Below are positions 1 to 11,679 of a stretch of 45,136 nt of DNA, piece by piece. Source of the stretch: Dimorphilus gyrociliatus (Eukaryota > Animalia > Annelida); NCBI GenBank assembly GCA_904063045.1, contig CAJFCJ010000089.1, forward strand, positions 1 to 45,136, given 5' to 3'. Position numbers and translations under genes: made by a program. Position 1 is the stretch's first letter, and the number at the start of each line of letters is the position of its first letter. The notes under the pieces were generated by a model. That model was given only the letters and a program-made list of their open reading frames with translations. It made no database searches and had not been told where the DNA came from.

Positions 1-109
1 TAAACATAATTGTTCACAAAATAAAAATTATATTTGTCATATTTACCAATTCATAAGTACTAAATCTATCTTCAAGTGAGACACAATGCCTTTAGTATGA
101 CTACCTTAG

Positions 110-145
110 AATGGGCCGAAATGTCCAAAATGGGCCGAAATGTCC
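110..145 (+). repeat. 17-bp direct repeat, probably a transposon-end remnant
   Basis: AATGGGCCGAAATGTCC at 110-126 and 129-145. Confidence 0.6.
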
Positions 146-359
146 TGACCCCCTGATGAGCCAGGCCTGTTTGCAGTGGCTCATGTTTGGCATGTGGTCC
201 TAATCTTAGCATTATATTTTATATATGTGATATAACAAGTCTTTAATATTTTTGTTACATGAGAATTATGAGACCATCAGATTTGAACTTTGTAATCCTT
301 TGACCACTTGAACCCAAGCTTTGGGAAATGTATAAAAGGAAATGCATTTCCCCAGCTTG

Positions 360-965
360 TCAGTTCAGTTCTTTAACTGTTAACTGGTTGTTTAAACTTA
401 CTTGTTTAGAACTAGAAACTCATTTACTCAATACATATTCTTTGGATGAAATACTGGTGTTTTGTTGAATTATTTCTACCGAAATTACAATTGTTAAGAC
501 TATTTGTGGACAAACTTGAAAGGTTCTAGTTGATTGAGTACTTTGGTAAATTGATAAATAATTGGAAAGGACGATTACTGTTCTGAAGAAGCAGAAATTC
601 CTACAATTACAATACATCAAAGTACAAATACATTTACAGTATATTCAAACTAAAACAAATAAAGTTTTACCTTGAAATTTATCAATAACTTTGTGTCAAT
701 TGTCCTTTGTTGTATTGTAATTATAGGAATCTCAAGCTTATCAAATTCGAATTCGTCCTCACCAATCATTTACCAATGTACCAAAGTACTGGTCCAAAGA
801 GAACCTTTCAAGTTCGTCCACAAGTTGTCTCAACAAATGAAACTTTACAAGAAATTTACCAACAAAACACCAGTATTTCATTCAAGGAGTATTTATTGAG
901 TAAATGAGTTTCTAGTTCTAAACAAGCAAGTTTTAACACCAAGTTAGCTGTTAGAAAACTGAACT
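360..965. repeat. Long imperfect inverted repeat (foldback) with ~270-bp arms
   Basis: The reverse complement of ~360-630 aligns colinearly with ~697-965 (e.g. AGTTTCTAGTTCTAAACAAG in both arms), and the mirror ORFs 420..620(-) and 707..907(+) are homologous. A third partial copy lies at ~11535-11630. Confidence 0.8.
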
Positions 966-1651
966 GCCTACTGATAAATTCATAGGCTTTATATATTTTT
1001 CCAAAAGTTGACAGTTTACAGATAAAAATATCTACACTAAACAAATGTATGATTATGGATAAAAGGAAAGTTCAAATATGGTTCCATATTTGTTGACTTT
1101 GCTTTGTTAAGGAAAACTGTTGTCAGTAGGTCAGAAAATTGCATAAGATGTAACAATTTTTGGTAAATGTTGGATTGGTTCCAACACACAAAAATAGACA
1201 GAGGTCATCATAATGCTGTTTTTAAATACCACAAATTATTAATAATAATTGTTTGTCAAAAGTAAAATATTTGAGTATAAGTCATTGGCAGAGTAAGGTT
1301 AATTTCACTTGACCATCTACAATAGTATTGTGCTTACAATACTTGTTGAAGTGACAATGAACTACACACTTCAAATATATATGAAATAGTGTAAGATACA
1401 ATTAATGATCATTAAATATGATGTGCAAATTAATAAAAACTAGAATTTAAGTTTAGTTGTAAGTATATTCTACAACTACCTTTAAATAGTATAAATTGAA
1501 CATGCTTACCAATAGTAAGGAAAATATTTACAAAATTATAGATTATGCTAAGAGAATATAAGATAATTGTATTATGGAAATACATTAAAAATATTTATTG
1601 ACACAAAGTTATTGATAAATTTCAAGGTAAAACTTTATTTGTTTTAGTTTG
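646..1651. repeat. Perfect 55-bp inverted repeat pair bounding 1006 bp (possible TIR element or inversion)
   Basis: 646-700 (CAAACTAAAACAAATAAAG...TTTGTGTCAAT) is the exact reverse complement of 1597-1651. No TSD is evident. Confidence 0.6.
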
Positions 1652-3335
1652 TAATTTTATCTTCACCCTGCAACCCTGTTCTATTATTCTCATTCTTCCT
1701 AATCCTTGGTTTCAACCCACCTGATTGCAATTAACTCTTTTTATATTTGTCCTAAACCTGCATCCAATCCAGAATCTTACATCAAAACTGAGCATATTTC
1801 AACAGCCAATGAGAAATTTTAGAAATCATTTATCATACATCATATATTCATATATTTTATTGATTATGATATAATTATGAGTGTTACAAAAATGTCCATT
1901 ATATGGGGCATGTTATTACCAATCCCAGCTGACAATAGGCCTGTGTCATACAAAACAATCACCTCTGTAAATAATCACACAAGCAAACAAAACAATATAA
2001 AAGAAAGATATTTCTAGTCTTTTATAAAAAGATGCTAATTTGTAACACTTGCTTTACTTGATCCTCACTCTATTCTATTGAATTGTCTTCTCTGTTTGGA
2101 CTGGTTTAATGGTAATCAATGTCCTTGAACTATTTCAAATACAATATAAAACACAACAAAAACATTCTTTATACTATTTTATGGAAAGATCAACTTCAGA
2201 GGCTAAGTGGGAGTTTTTGTGAAACTGCAAATTCACAGATGTTTTTAATTGCATACAATCAAGAATTGTAAGGTCAGCTCTAATTAAATGCTGTGTTTGG
2301 ATTTTTCATTTATCCTAACCATAATTTTTAAGGTAGGCCTTATCTAATTTTAAAGTAATATTAACCTTTCTTACCTATCACAGCAACTGGAGACTACTTT
2401 TGTTTGGATCTGTAAATTTCCAATTCAAAGCATTTTTGTTACAAAACACTGTAAATATGTATGAAATGTATAGATAATAGATATTAATAATATAAAAACT
2501 GCTTATTCTATTGCTTTTCTTGCTAACAAATGGAAAAAAATTGGCCAGTTACAGAATAAATATTGTATTCAATATTTATTTTGACTTTTCATTGAAAAAC
2601 ATCAGATCTTAAAATATTTTTAAATCATTCATCATATGTAATAATATTTATAGTCATTTTCCTGTTTGGAAATTTGGCATGGATACTAAAGGGAAAAGAA
2701 ATTATCACAGTCAACTACTGAACAAATTTGAATTAATAGATCAGTTGAAAGTGTTTTGTATTGATTATGAAATGTGTCAATCCTCTAGTTCACCAAGCTT
2801 GATGTTAATCAACTAAGAGACTGTTTCTCACTCATCTGAAGAAAGGGGAATACTACCCACAAATTGCTAATTTTCATCTCAGTTGAGGAACATAGACTAC
2901 TGCAATTCTCTTCACTCTTTTTGAGAAGTTCAATTTGCTGGTAGAAGGGACACAGTGATAGCCTAGTCTGATTTATCACTCTAAACAGATCCATAACCAT
3001 CTCATTCCCTCCTGACCAATTTTCAACCCAAAATAAAAAAGAACATACAGATGCAGGTACAAGTACAGTTTGATCTCTTACCTGTAATATGCTCACACTC
3101 TAGTACACTTTGTGTGGTATTTATTTATAATCAAATTAATTAAATTAAAATATTATCTTTCAGGTTATGAAAGAGAATACACTGAAATATGATAAATAAT
3201 GAGAGATTTTTTTAATTCCCTTTTTTTTTTTTTACTTTTTCATTAATTTTGATACAAACCATAAAATATAAGAGAGCTTAAAATTCAAAAATATTTTCAT
3301 TTAGCATTTTCACTCTGTATCTATCTGAAGAAGGA

Positions 3336-4291
3336 GTGAATAATTCAAGTGTATTTTCCTTCCCAGGTGTTAGTTTTGAATGGTATCTTAGTGTTGGGGT
3401 AATTAGTGGAATTATTTTAATTTTTGGTCTTTTTGGAAATGTTGCAAGTTTTATTATATTTGAACAGAGTAAAATGAATGGAACAACAATGTCAATATAT
3501 CTTCGAGCATTGTCTGTGGTTGATAGTTTCCTATTGATAAGTTGGTTCGCTACCACTATTTTTGATATAGTTGGTGTAGTTATATACAAAAATGAGATGA
3601 ACTTTTTTAATAACAAATGTAGATTTGTAAATTTGGCAACTAGATCTTGGCAACAAATAAGTACACTTTTAGTTTGTGCAATGACCATTGACAGAAGCCT
3701 TTTAATCTTTTTCCCAACACAGAAAAGAGTTTCTAAAACTAAAACACTGTGGATTGTAGCATTAATCATTGTTATACCATGTGCTCAATTTTCAATATAT
3801 ATTTTTATGTATGAAAAGGCCATTATAATTCAAAATCCTACTAATAAATGGGCATTTCTCCCTGTCTGTATACCTAGAAAGGAATGGAAATATCTTAACA
3901 ACAAAGTTATACCTTTCTTTGAAATTATTATAGGTTTTCTACTGCCAGGTGGAATTTTAATATTAACAAATTCTTTGATTTTTCATTCATTACTGAAATC
4001 AACTAGACAGAGAAGAACTTTAACCAGTCAACAAGTTAAAATTGATAATAAAGGACAAAATTCTTCCATAATACTTATTTTCTTTTGTCATCAATTCCAG
4101 CATATGCATTGTTTCTATATGTTAAATATTATTTAGTAGATCCTACATTAAAAGATGGAGCTTTCATACAAAAGTATGCCCTACTTTCAGATATTGTTGT
4201 CAGGTTAAATTGTGCACTTAATTTATATTTTTATTGTTTAAGTGGAAAAAGATTTCGAATTGAATTTCTTAAATTATTTAAAGGCAAATAA
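3336..4291 (+). pseudogene. Rhodopsin-class peptide-receptor-like GPCR, frameshifted in TM6
   Basis: TM1 GLFGNVASF, TM2 LRALSVVDS, TM3 MTIDRS and TM7 LNCALNLYFYCLSGKRFR are present. It is paralogous to 26512..27579. Alignment to that paralog shows a ~16-nt deletion at ~4072 splitting ORFs 3336..4136 and 4085..4291. There is no in-frame ATG after the upstream stop, so a 5' exon is probable (AG at 3303-3304). Confidence 0.85.
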
Positions 4292-4391
4292 CAATGAAAT
4301 TCTTAATTTTAGTAGCCAAAGCAATTGAACTTAGATGTATTGTATTGGTGGACTAGGTGACCATTGATATAAGTTACATGTTGTATGAATA

Positions 4392-4615
4392 GATGCATCT
4401 GGATGTGGTAGAAAATGGCCATAAATCTATGGTTTTACCCTAACCCTAACCCAGCCCTTGTTTTTGTCTAACCTTTTTGAATACCCCTAACCCTTAGATG
4501 GGACCCTCCTAAGAACATATCAACAGTTATCTTATTCCTCCTAACCATTTCCCAGGCTGAAATCTAACTTTCAAATATTTCATTTATGGCCGTTTTCGAC
4601 CAGTCCCGATGCATC
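4392..4615. mobile_element. MITE with internal CCCTAA repeats
   Basis: Imperfect ~34-bp TIRs (GATGCATCTGGATGTGGTAGAAAATGGCCATAAAT / revcomp GATGCATCGGGACTGGTCGAAAACGGCCATAAAT) flanked by TA on both sides. The body is homologous to 5901-6108. Confidence 0.75.
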
Positions 4616-4699
4616 TAATTTAAATACATTTTATTAACTAATTTATATTGTTCAAATATAAAAGGAGTGAATTGCAAATTTATTTATATAAATTCCTTT

Positions 4700-4935
4700 A
4701 TATTTCACACAATTCCAATGTGTTAGCAAATCATAAGGCCATTTCTTCCTTTAGACAAGAAGATTCAGAATTAAGTTTCTCTAAGGCATCTTTAGACATT
4801 TTAAATCCATTACAAATGTCAATAAATCCATCTTCCATGTTATATTTCCATCCGAAATCTATTTCTTTTAGTTTAGTGCATTTTAAAAGAAGTTCTCCCA
4901 AATATACACATATACAATCTCCATATTTCTGTTTT
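4700..4935 (-). pseudogene. RI-like LRR remnant
   Basis: The minus strand reads GELLLKCTKLKEIDFGWKYNMEDGFIDICNGFKMSKDALEKLN, matching the LRR unit of the arrays at 20-37 kb, then hits stops. Confidence 0.6.
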
Positions 4936-5900
4936 CTATAGTGTATTTTACTTTTTTTGTGAATGAATCAAAAATGCTTGAACTTGACTATATCTATTGG
5001 AGAAGGCTAATCATTTACATAATATAACCTTCAAATAAACATAACACCATTGACTACTTTGGGAGTTTTGTATTTTTGTTCAATACAAGGAGAAATGTAC
5101 TAATGATAATAAATCATCTGGAAAAAGAATTGCAGATGACATCATCTTAAAATATTAAAGTAGAAATTCTAATTTACATTTTAATCTAATCTTCAGCTTG
5201 AAGGATTTCTTTCAAATTAATCCAAGTAAACCTATGTATTTTTTTACAACTCATTTTATAGGAACGATACACTTTCTGTCAACAGTAACATGTATAACTG
5301 ATTACATTAGTAGAGTTGAGAAATCCACACACATGGAGAGATGAGGATTAAATGTTTAGAGTTATTAACCTGGACTTGACCTAATTAATTCTATATGAAC
5401 TTAGCATTTTCCATATTTGATTAGAAAACAAATTTTCAGTCTATTTATTTTGATTTCAAGATAAAATTTCTCATCATCCAGAAACATGAAATAAAACAAC
5501 AGATGTCATTTTATATTTCTCACTATAGACAGGATTTCCAGACAACACTGAAACAATATCTCCTTCTTCCAGTTGAAGTAGTCCTGTTCTACTCATAATG
5601 TGAAAGGCTGGAAATACATTTCTTACATTGAACATTCTCAATTTTATCTCATCATTTACAAACACTTCAACAAGTGATTGACTATAAGGATGAATTCCAA
5701 CTGAAACATCAATAAAGTATAGGCCAGCCACAGCAACATGGTACACATTATCTGATGAACTCCAAGAGAGTGTACTATCCAAGGCAATGGTATCATAGGC
5801 AATTCTTGTTTTAGACACAATCTGTTGAGTAGATGTTCTAAAAGCAAAGAATGCTGGATATTCATCAGTTACATTCAACTTGAATCCTGTCATATATAAA

Positions 5901-6108
5901 TGGGGCTGACAGAAAACGTCCCCAAATGAGATTTTTGAAAGCAACATTTTGGATTGAAAAATGGTTAGGAGGGGTAAAGTAGCTTTTGATTTATAGTTAG
6001 GGGGGTTCCATCTAAGGGTTAGGAGCAATCAAAAAGGTTAAGGAGAGACAAGGGCTAGGTTAGGGTTAGGGCTAAATCATGAATTTGGGGATGTTTTCTG
6101 TCATATCC
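5901..6108. mobile_element. MITE inserted in the C1q gene, 8-bp TSD TATATAAA
   Basis: Inverted repeats TGACAGAAAAC(G/A)TCCCCAAAT at 5907 and ending at 6103. TATATAAA occurs at 5893-5900 and 6109-6116. It contains internal TTAGGG repeats, and its removal restores the frame. Confidence 0.8.
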
Positions 6109-6664
6109 TATATAAACTTATGTATCTGTTCTCTATTTGACCACTTATAAATTTGTAACCAATTTTATCAAGGGCTTCCAACTCAACAAGAAATCCTCTA
6201 GTTACCTGACTTGAACCAGTGTCCACTCTGTGTCCTTTACCTAGACAATATTCAGGTATAATTGTGTCATTATTTATGACAAGACCAATTTCAACAGAGC
6301 TATGTACATTACCTGCTCCCATGTTTATATAGTACCAACCCTTAGTTGACACAGATAAATAGAGTTGATTTTCACCATAGCTAACACCACACAAAGAAAC
6401 AGCATTACTAAGGGATACAATAGTTGGGTGAACTATTGCGGCATTGTTATAAATAAAGAGGACATTGCTTGTTTCATAGCAAAAAGCTAGCCAAGATGTC
6501 TCATTGCCTTCAGTTGACCCAATTACTGATGCATTGATATCAAGTAATGTATGGATATCAGTTACAAGTCTATAGTTAAAAACTCCAGTTTGAGATAGTG
6601 TAAATGAACTTTCTTCATGATGCTTAAAAACTGCAAATGATTCCCTTGGCTTTGTTCTCAGTGT

Positions 6665-7299
6665 TGTACAACTTTGGTTATATTTTACATGCTTGAACTC
6701 TATTATTTTATGCAACATATACATGTACATGTTAAAACCTATGCAAGAAAATGCTATAACATTGGCCAAACATAAGTCTGATTAGTCAGCTTGAAGGCTC
6801 ATCTTTAATCACCAATAAAGGTTTGGCCAAGTTATAATCTAATTAACTTGCCTAGGGTGTGGCCAAGTTATAATTCAATTAACCTTCCTAAATGTTGAAC
6901 CTTGTAACATCCTGTTACTAAAGATAAATATGAACTACACATTTCGGCAACTGTAAAGTGATGATTGGATTTCAGAGGCCAACCTCAAAGTATATAAATC
7001 CTCACTATTCTCATTTGGCATGCGGCTTCCATCTGGATCCAAGGACCTGGGAAGATAACCTGGAAACAACCTCCACTGGAACCTTCCATCTACTCCTCAA
7101 CATTGGAAGACAGTTTGGTAATTTGGCAACTTGCTATTACGAACTATCTACTCTGCTATTGAACTCTCATATTGTTACTTGCTTAAGTATTATTATTGTG
7201 AATAAACTGTTTAAATTTAAACATTTGTTTAAAGGTTTGAGTAGAACCAGTAGTGTTATAACTTGCAAATGCATAGATTTTGCCAGCAAGAGCAGTACA
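6665..7299 (+). mobile_element. Solo LTR (635 bp) of the Gypsy family, TSD GTGT
   Basis: Termini TGTAC...GTACA, with GTGT at 6661-6664 and 7300-7303. About 24 substitutions versus the LTRs at 18224 and 38100 (~96% by eye). Confidence 0.95.
6991..7206 (+). promoter_or_regulatory. LTR TATA box and polyadenylation signal
   Basis: TATATAAAT at 6991-6999 and AATAAA at 7201-7206 lie in the expected U3/R order and are conserved in all three LTRs. There is a duplicated GGCCAAGTTATAAT motif in U3 (~6825-6875). Confidence 0.55.
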
Positions 7300-8559
7300 G
7301 TGTGATATGTCTGCTGCCCATGCTGCCTGTTGCAGTCAGGGACATAAAATAAAATCCAGGCTCCTTGACCTTTAATGAATTTGTTGAAATATTAAACATT
7401 TCATTATTATTAATATTAATTCTTTGCCATTTAAAATGTTGAGAAGCAATCACTGACTCTCTAACAAATGATACCATAAAAGATGGATTTTTGTATGCTG
7501 TGCAAGGTGTACTGGAACATATGTCTATATCAACTGAATTGCCAGAGCAGTCAGCACCTCCATTTGCTGGTGGTGGATTTGTACAACTTCTTGAATGAGT
7601 TTTAAGACCAGTACCTCAAGCTGGTCTACAACTAGACCATGCTGACCATTGAGACCACCCACCAGCCAATTCACATTTAGCTTCTTCATGTCCAACACAC
7701 ATCCTTAAATTACAATCTCTGACATTTAATGATGGACTGAAATAATGTCCTGTTGGACACATTTGTGGCCAGGAGACATTTTGGTGGCAGTGATAATATT
7801 GTCTGCAGTCATTAAAATTTGGATAGGTTCCATCTTCTTTACTTTCACATTCTGAATTTTTCAAATAGCAGAGTTCATTGCTGTTGCCATTTTTAGAGCA
7901 TTCCACAACATTTTTCTTATTTATGATAGGTGGAAAATTTTTCCCAGGACAATTAGCCAGTTCTGGTTGTACACAAGCTGTACATTGGCAATTGTATGAA
8001 TAGATGGTAAAAAATAGTCCAGGAGGGCATTGCTGCATATGAGAGGTTCCATTGATGCAATGATAGTAGACACTGCAGTAATTTGGATCTCTAAAGACAC
8101 CATCAATGGGTTTTAGGTTTGAATTTATAGGACATTGAAATGCTGAATTAGTTGAAAATGCAGATGACAGAATTACTGTAAAAAACACATATAAGTGAAT
8201 TTTCATATTGTCTAATTGTCACCTGAATCCAATTTGAACAAAACAAGTCAACAAAACATTATTTTCTAGGCATGAATTGTCTATCACATGACCTCTAATC
8301 ATTAACTAAAGAAAAAGTGCAGTGTTGTAATACAGGTTGTTTATTTTTTGATCCGTGTGTCAAAAGTATTTGTTTTCCCTAGATAAAAGAATTCTTATAT
8401 TTATTTTCAGATTATAAATGTGTCAAAGGTTAAAAGTAAGTGTTATGTATATAATACAATTAATTGTTACCTTGAAAAATATCTTTATAATAACTCTAAT
8501 TAACAATCTTGGGAAAATTTAGGTGACAATTTCTCTTTGAAAGTATTCATTTGAGTCAT

Positions 8560-8955
8560 ATTTTGCAATCTGAGTATGTTGCCTTGGATAAAATTGAAAT
8601 TCTTAGCAAAAGAGGAATGTTTTACACCAGATACAGAAGAAAAAGAAGAAGAGTACCTATTAGCTTGAATTTTAATTTCTTCTATAAATGTAAGTTACAA
8701 ATTGAAAATAATTTTGGCACAACATGGTGAATAATCAAGTGCATTCAAAAGGCTCATTCTACATATTAGTGGATGAACTGAAAAAAGAGGGAGATTTGAT
8801 CATTATCTATGAAAAGGTGATGTCTGATACACAATATATAGATATTAGAGAAAAAGATATGTGGAGAGAGAAAAATAAATATTTGACATTTGGGATGAAT
8901 ACAAACTAGGAAAAATATTAGCAGATGAATTATTACTACAAACATCTGATATATA
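8560..8955 (+). mobile_element. Degenerate MULE-like transposase C-terminal remnant
   Basis: WHNMVNNQVHSKGSFYILVDELKKE resembles the MULE GWHxxLN...xLIxxLKxE motif. 8855-8960 is homologous to 9675-9785. Confidence 0.4.
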
Positions 8956-9194
8956 TGCTCCATAGATTTTACCTACATTTCATATTCTCTTTTTCTTTTC
9001 ATTTCATTTTTAATTCTTTTAATTTTTTAGATAAATTTATGTTTATATATTTGACTATAGACATTACATCAGTATAACATAGATTTCATTACCACAAGTT
9101 TAATAACATATATACTAAATTAACAATATGTGTGATTTAGCCCAGGTACAGTTTAACCTGGGTACGGTTTAACCCCCTAGTGGGTATAGTTTAA

Positions 9195-10000
9195 TGAATA
9201 GGGGTGAAACCATACCTGGGTGAAATCGTACCTTGATGAAGTTTTAACTGTCAACATGAGAAAATTAAGAAATGAAATAATTAATTTATTTGTTTTAATA
9301 AATTTGTGATATAAAAGTACCAGTTTTTTTCAGGTCAGCCATTTTGAATTTGTTTGTTGATTACTTGATAAGAGAATCTTGAAATTGTATTATAAATATT
9401 TGTTTCAAAGTTTTCCACTGTTTTTCAAATAATAAATTAAACATTTCAAATCTGCACATTTTGAAATATGGCAATCAAGTGCAAAAATTGCAAACTTACT
9501 GTTTATGGAAGACAGAAGAGAAAATTCTGTTTGCTATGTAATGAGCTTCTTCATGAAAAATATATCATTAGTAAGAATTTTGTAATTCATTTGGTCAATT
9601 GTAAATATACAATTATTTTTGGTTTGTATTTATGAAAAGCTTCTCTCTGAGAAGATTATCAAATATCAGAGAAAAAAATATGGTGATATAGAGAAGAAAG
9701 TATTTGAAATTTGGAAAGATTATAGGCTTGGAAGGATATTAGCTGATGAACTATTAATCCAAAGTTCTTATATTTATACTCCATAGTTGTTATTATCTAT
9801 TCTTTTCTTTAGTTAACATATAGTAGAATAGCTCTTCAATACATACATTTTCATATTTTTTTTATTTCCATATGCATCAACAGCAGTAGTTTTACTTGGT
9901 CATAGCAAGGATTCACCCCTATTGGGTACAGATTCACCAGGAATGGGTACGGTTTCGCCTGTCTCCTGGTTTAACCCAGGTATGGTTTCACCCCTATTCA
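9195..10000. mobile_element. Non-autonomous DNA transposon (MULE-like) with 27-bp inverted repeats
   Basis: TGAATAGGGGTGAAACCATACCTGGGT at 9195-9221 has an exact reverse complement at 9974-10000. There are subterminal GGGTACGGTTT(C/A)ACC-type repeats and an internal transposase-like remnant. No TSD was found. Confidence 0.65.
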
Positions 10001-10003
10001 ATT

Positions 10004-10120
10004 TCTTTTTTGTTATAAATGACATTAGTGCGCCAGTATCACATATTGCAATTATTTCTCTTCCATTATGGTTTTTCAAATTGAACATCTTCTCTCCCTA
10101 ACTTGATTGCTAACACTGAT
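10004..10120 (-). mobile_element. Remnant of a retroelement second-protease (PR2) domain from a diverged family member
   Basis: FNLKNHNGREIIAICDTGALMSFITKK aligns with FRLKNQKGQEVIALCDTGALRSFITEK at ~42085-42165. The DTG motif is at 10032-10040. Confidence 0.7.
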
Positions 10121-10679
10121 GTACAGGTTTGGTATAATTATTATAAAACAAGTATGAATGCATTTAAATAGATCCACTCCACCACTGGTTAATACTCTTG
10201 TTGATGATCTGTGCAGCCTGACAATTGACCCATTTTTTCTCTTAGTATCTGAAAATTACAACATCCTGTGCCTGAAAGATAAATATCATTGGGCATATCA
10301 AGAATTTAACTATCTCATTAATAAATGAATTTGAAATGAAAGGTCTTAATCATTTCTAAAAGAGAATATAAGCACCAAAGACATTTTATGTTTTTCCCAT
10401 TGAATTTATTAAGCTTAGTTAGAGGACTGATGTAAATCTTGCAAACTGACCTTGTGTATTGTATGAAACAATTGTCTATTCATACACTTCAAACAATATA
10501 AAATCATTGGATCTTTGCAATTAATTTTTAAATTTCGATTGTCTTGAATTAATGATGTATAGTTTTTGTGTGGAATATTTAAAATAGAATCAAATGGATT
10601 AGAAAAATTATTGAATTTAGTTTGTTTTCAAATGATAATATGAATATAGGAGGGAAAGGAAAAGTATAGTTCTACTTAC

Positions 10680-11178
10680 TGTCGATTCTTTTGTAAAAAT
10701 TAGAACTCATTCTAGCAGTCCATGGAATATTGTCAGAAGCTTGTGTCAAGAAATAGCATGTATAAATACTATCATCTCTAGCAAATCCCCTAAAAATATT
10801 TAAAAACAAAAACAACTATTCTTATTTTATTTTCTTCCTTACCTGCAATTTTCAATATTAATGGTATTTGTTTAAAGGCCATCAACTATTTTTACCTGCA
10901 ATCAGAAAGTTCTTCACAAGTTATTTTGCATGAATTTATATTGGTATTTTCCTTCTTATAGTATATGGCCACGTTAACAACTTCTGTGTCCCTCTTAATA
11001 GTATATGTACATGCTGTAAAAAAGAAACAATTAGTTTGCAGTGGAAAACTGCAAAAAAAGAGAGAGAAAGACAAATAGAAAGAGCAGAATCAAATATTTT
11101 TTCCATACCCTGCTCTGACATTCCTATAATTGACATTGATATCACCACCAAAAAGGATAAAATGCACAAAAAATACAT
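10680..11178 (-). CDS. Secreted PAN/apple-domain protein (first three exons; 3' end unresolved)
   Basis: Exons 11178-11109, 11013-10896 and 10789-10680 have GT-AG introns of 95 and 106 bp in compatible phases. Product: signal peptide MYFLCILSFLVVISMSIIG followed by ACTYTIKRDT...SCKITCEELSDCRGFARDDSIYTCYFL. Confidence 0.7.
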
Positions 11179-11679
11179 TATAACTTAATTCAAACATCAA
11201 TTTAATATAATTTTTTTAAATTGTAATATGAAGCAGAGTGACCATGATTTTTATATTAGCCTCTTTGTTAATAATTAACTGGTACTATTTATGAAGTATT
11301 GTACTTCTTTTCTTCTCTTTTTCAAAACAAATTTAACATGTCATAAGCTGTACAAAACCACATATTATTATTGCAGCAAATGTTAACATTTTGAAGGTCT
11401 TGATAACTTTTTTAAATGTTTACACTTTTTCATAGATTTAAGCATAACTTTATACTGTTTATGTTCTAACCTTGAAAATTTACATATGTCACTTAATAAT
11501 TCAACAAGAATGCTAAGCAATTGAACTTTTTACTTGTACTTTGTTGTATTGTAATTGGAGGAATTTCTCTTTCTTCAGAACAGTATTCGTCCTTTCCAAT
11601 GACTTATCAACTTACCAAAATATTCACAAATTTAGTCAATATTGGACAGGAGAGGAACAAATAATGTTATCACCATTTT

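Larger units (their letters stand above)
5474..8206 (-). pseudogene. Secreted CBM14-CBM14-TSP1-C1q-C1q-C1q protein (~625 aa reconstructed), disrupted three times
   Basis: It has a signal peptide (MKIHLYVFFTVILSSAFS), two six-Cys chitin-binding (CBM14) repeats, a TSP1 domain ([38 protein letters not shown]) and three C1q-like domains. Reading through TGA 7616-7618 and removing the solo LTR (+4-bp TSD) and the MITE (+8-bp TSD) gives one 1878-nt ORF with seamless junctions (SRHIT|LRTKPRE and RYISLY|MTGFKL). Confidence 0.88.

Noticed and set aside
2809-3096. 95-aa ORF as a gene
   Set aside because: It has a GTG start, crosses a probable splice donor, and has no recognisable motif.
4436-6072. Interstitial telomere or chromosome-fusion site
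   Set aside because: There are only 2-3 TTAGGG units, and they are embedded in MITE bodies (similar short runs occur at ~12150 and ~29390).
6958-7305. LTR-internal ORFs (also 18308..18565, 18754..18948, 38184..38441, and the first 45 aa of 14204..18298)
   Set aside because: They have non-ATG starts, lie wholly in LTR sequence, vary in length between copies, and show no recognisable domain.
7616-7618. Selenocysteine at the TSP1 Cys position (TGA)
   Set aside because: The residue is a structural disulfide Cys, the gene has two other inactivating insertions, and no SECIS was identified. A nonsense mutation is simpler.
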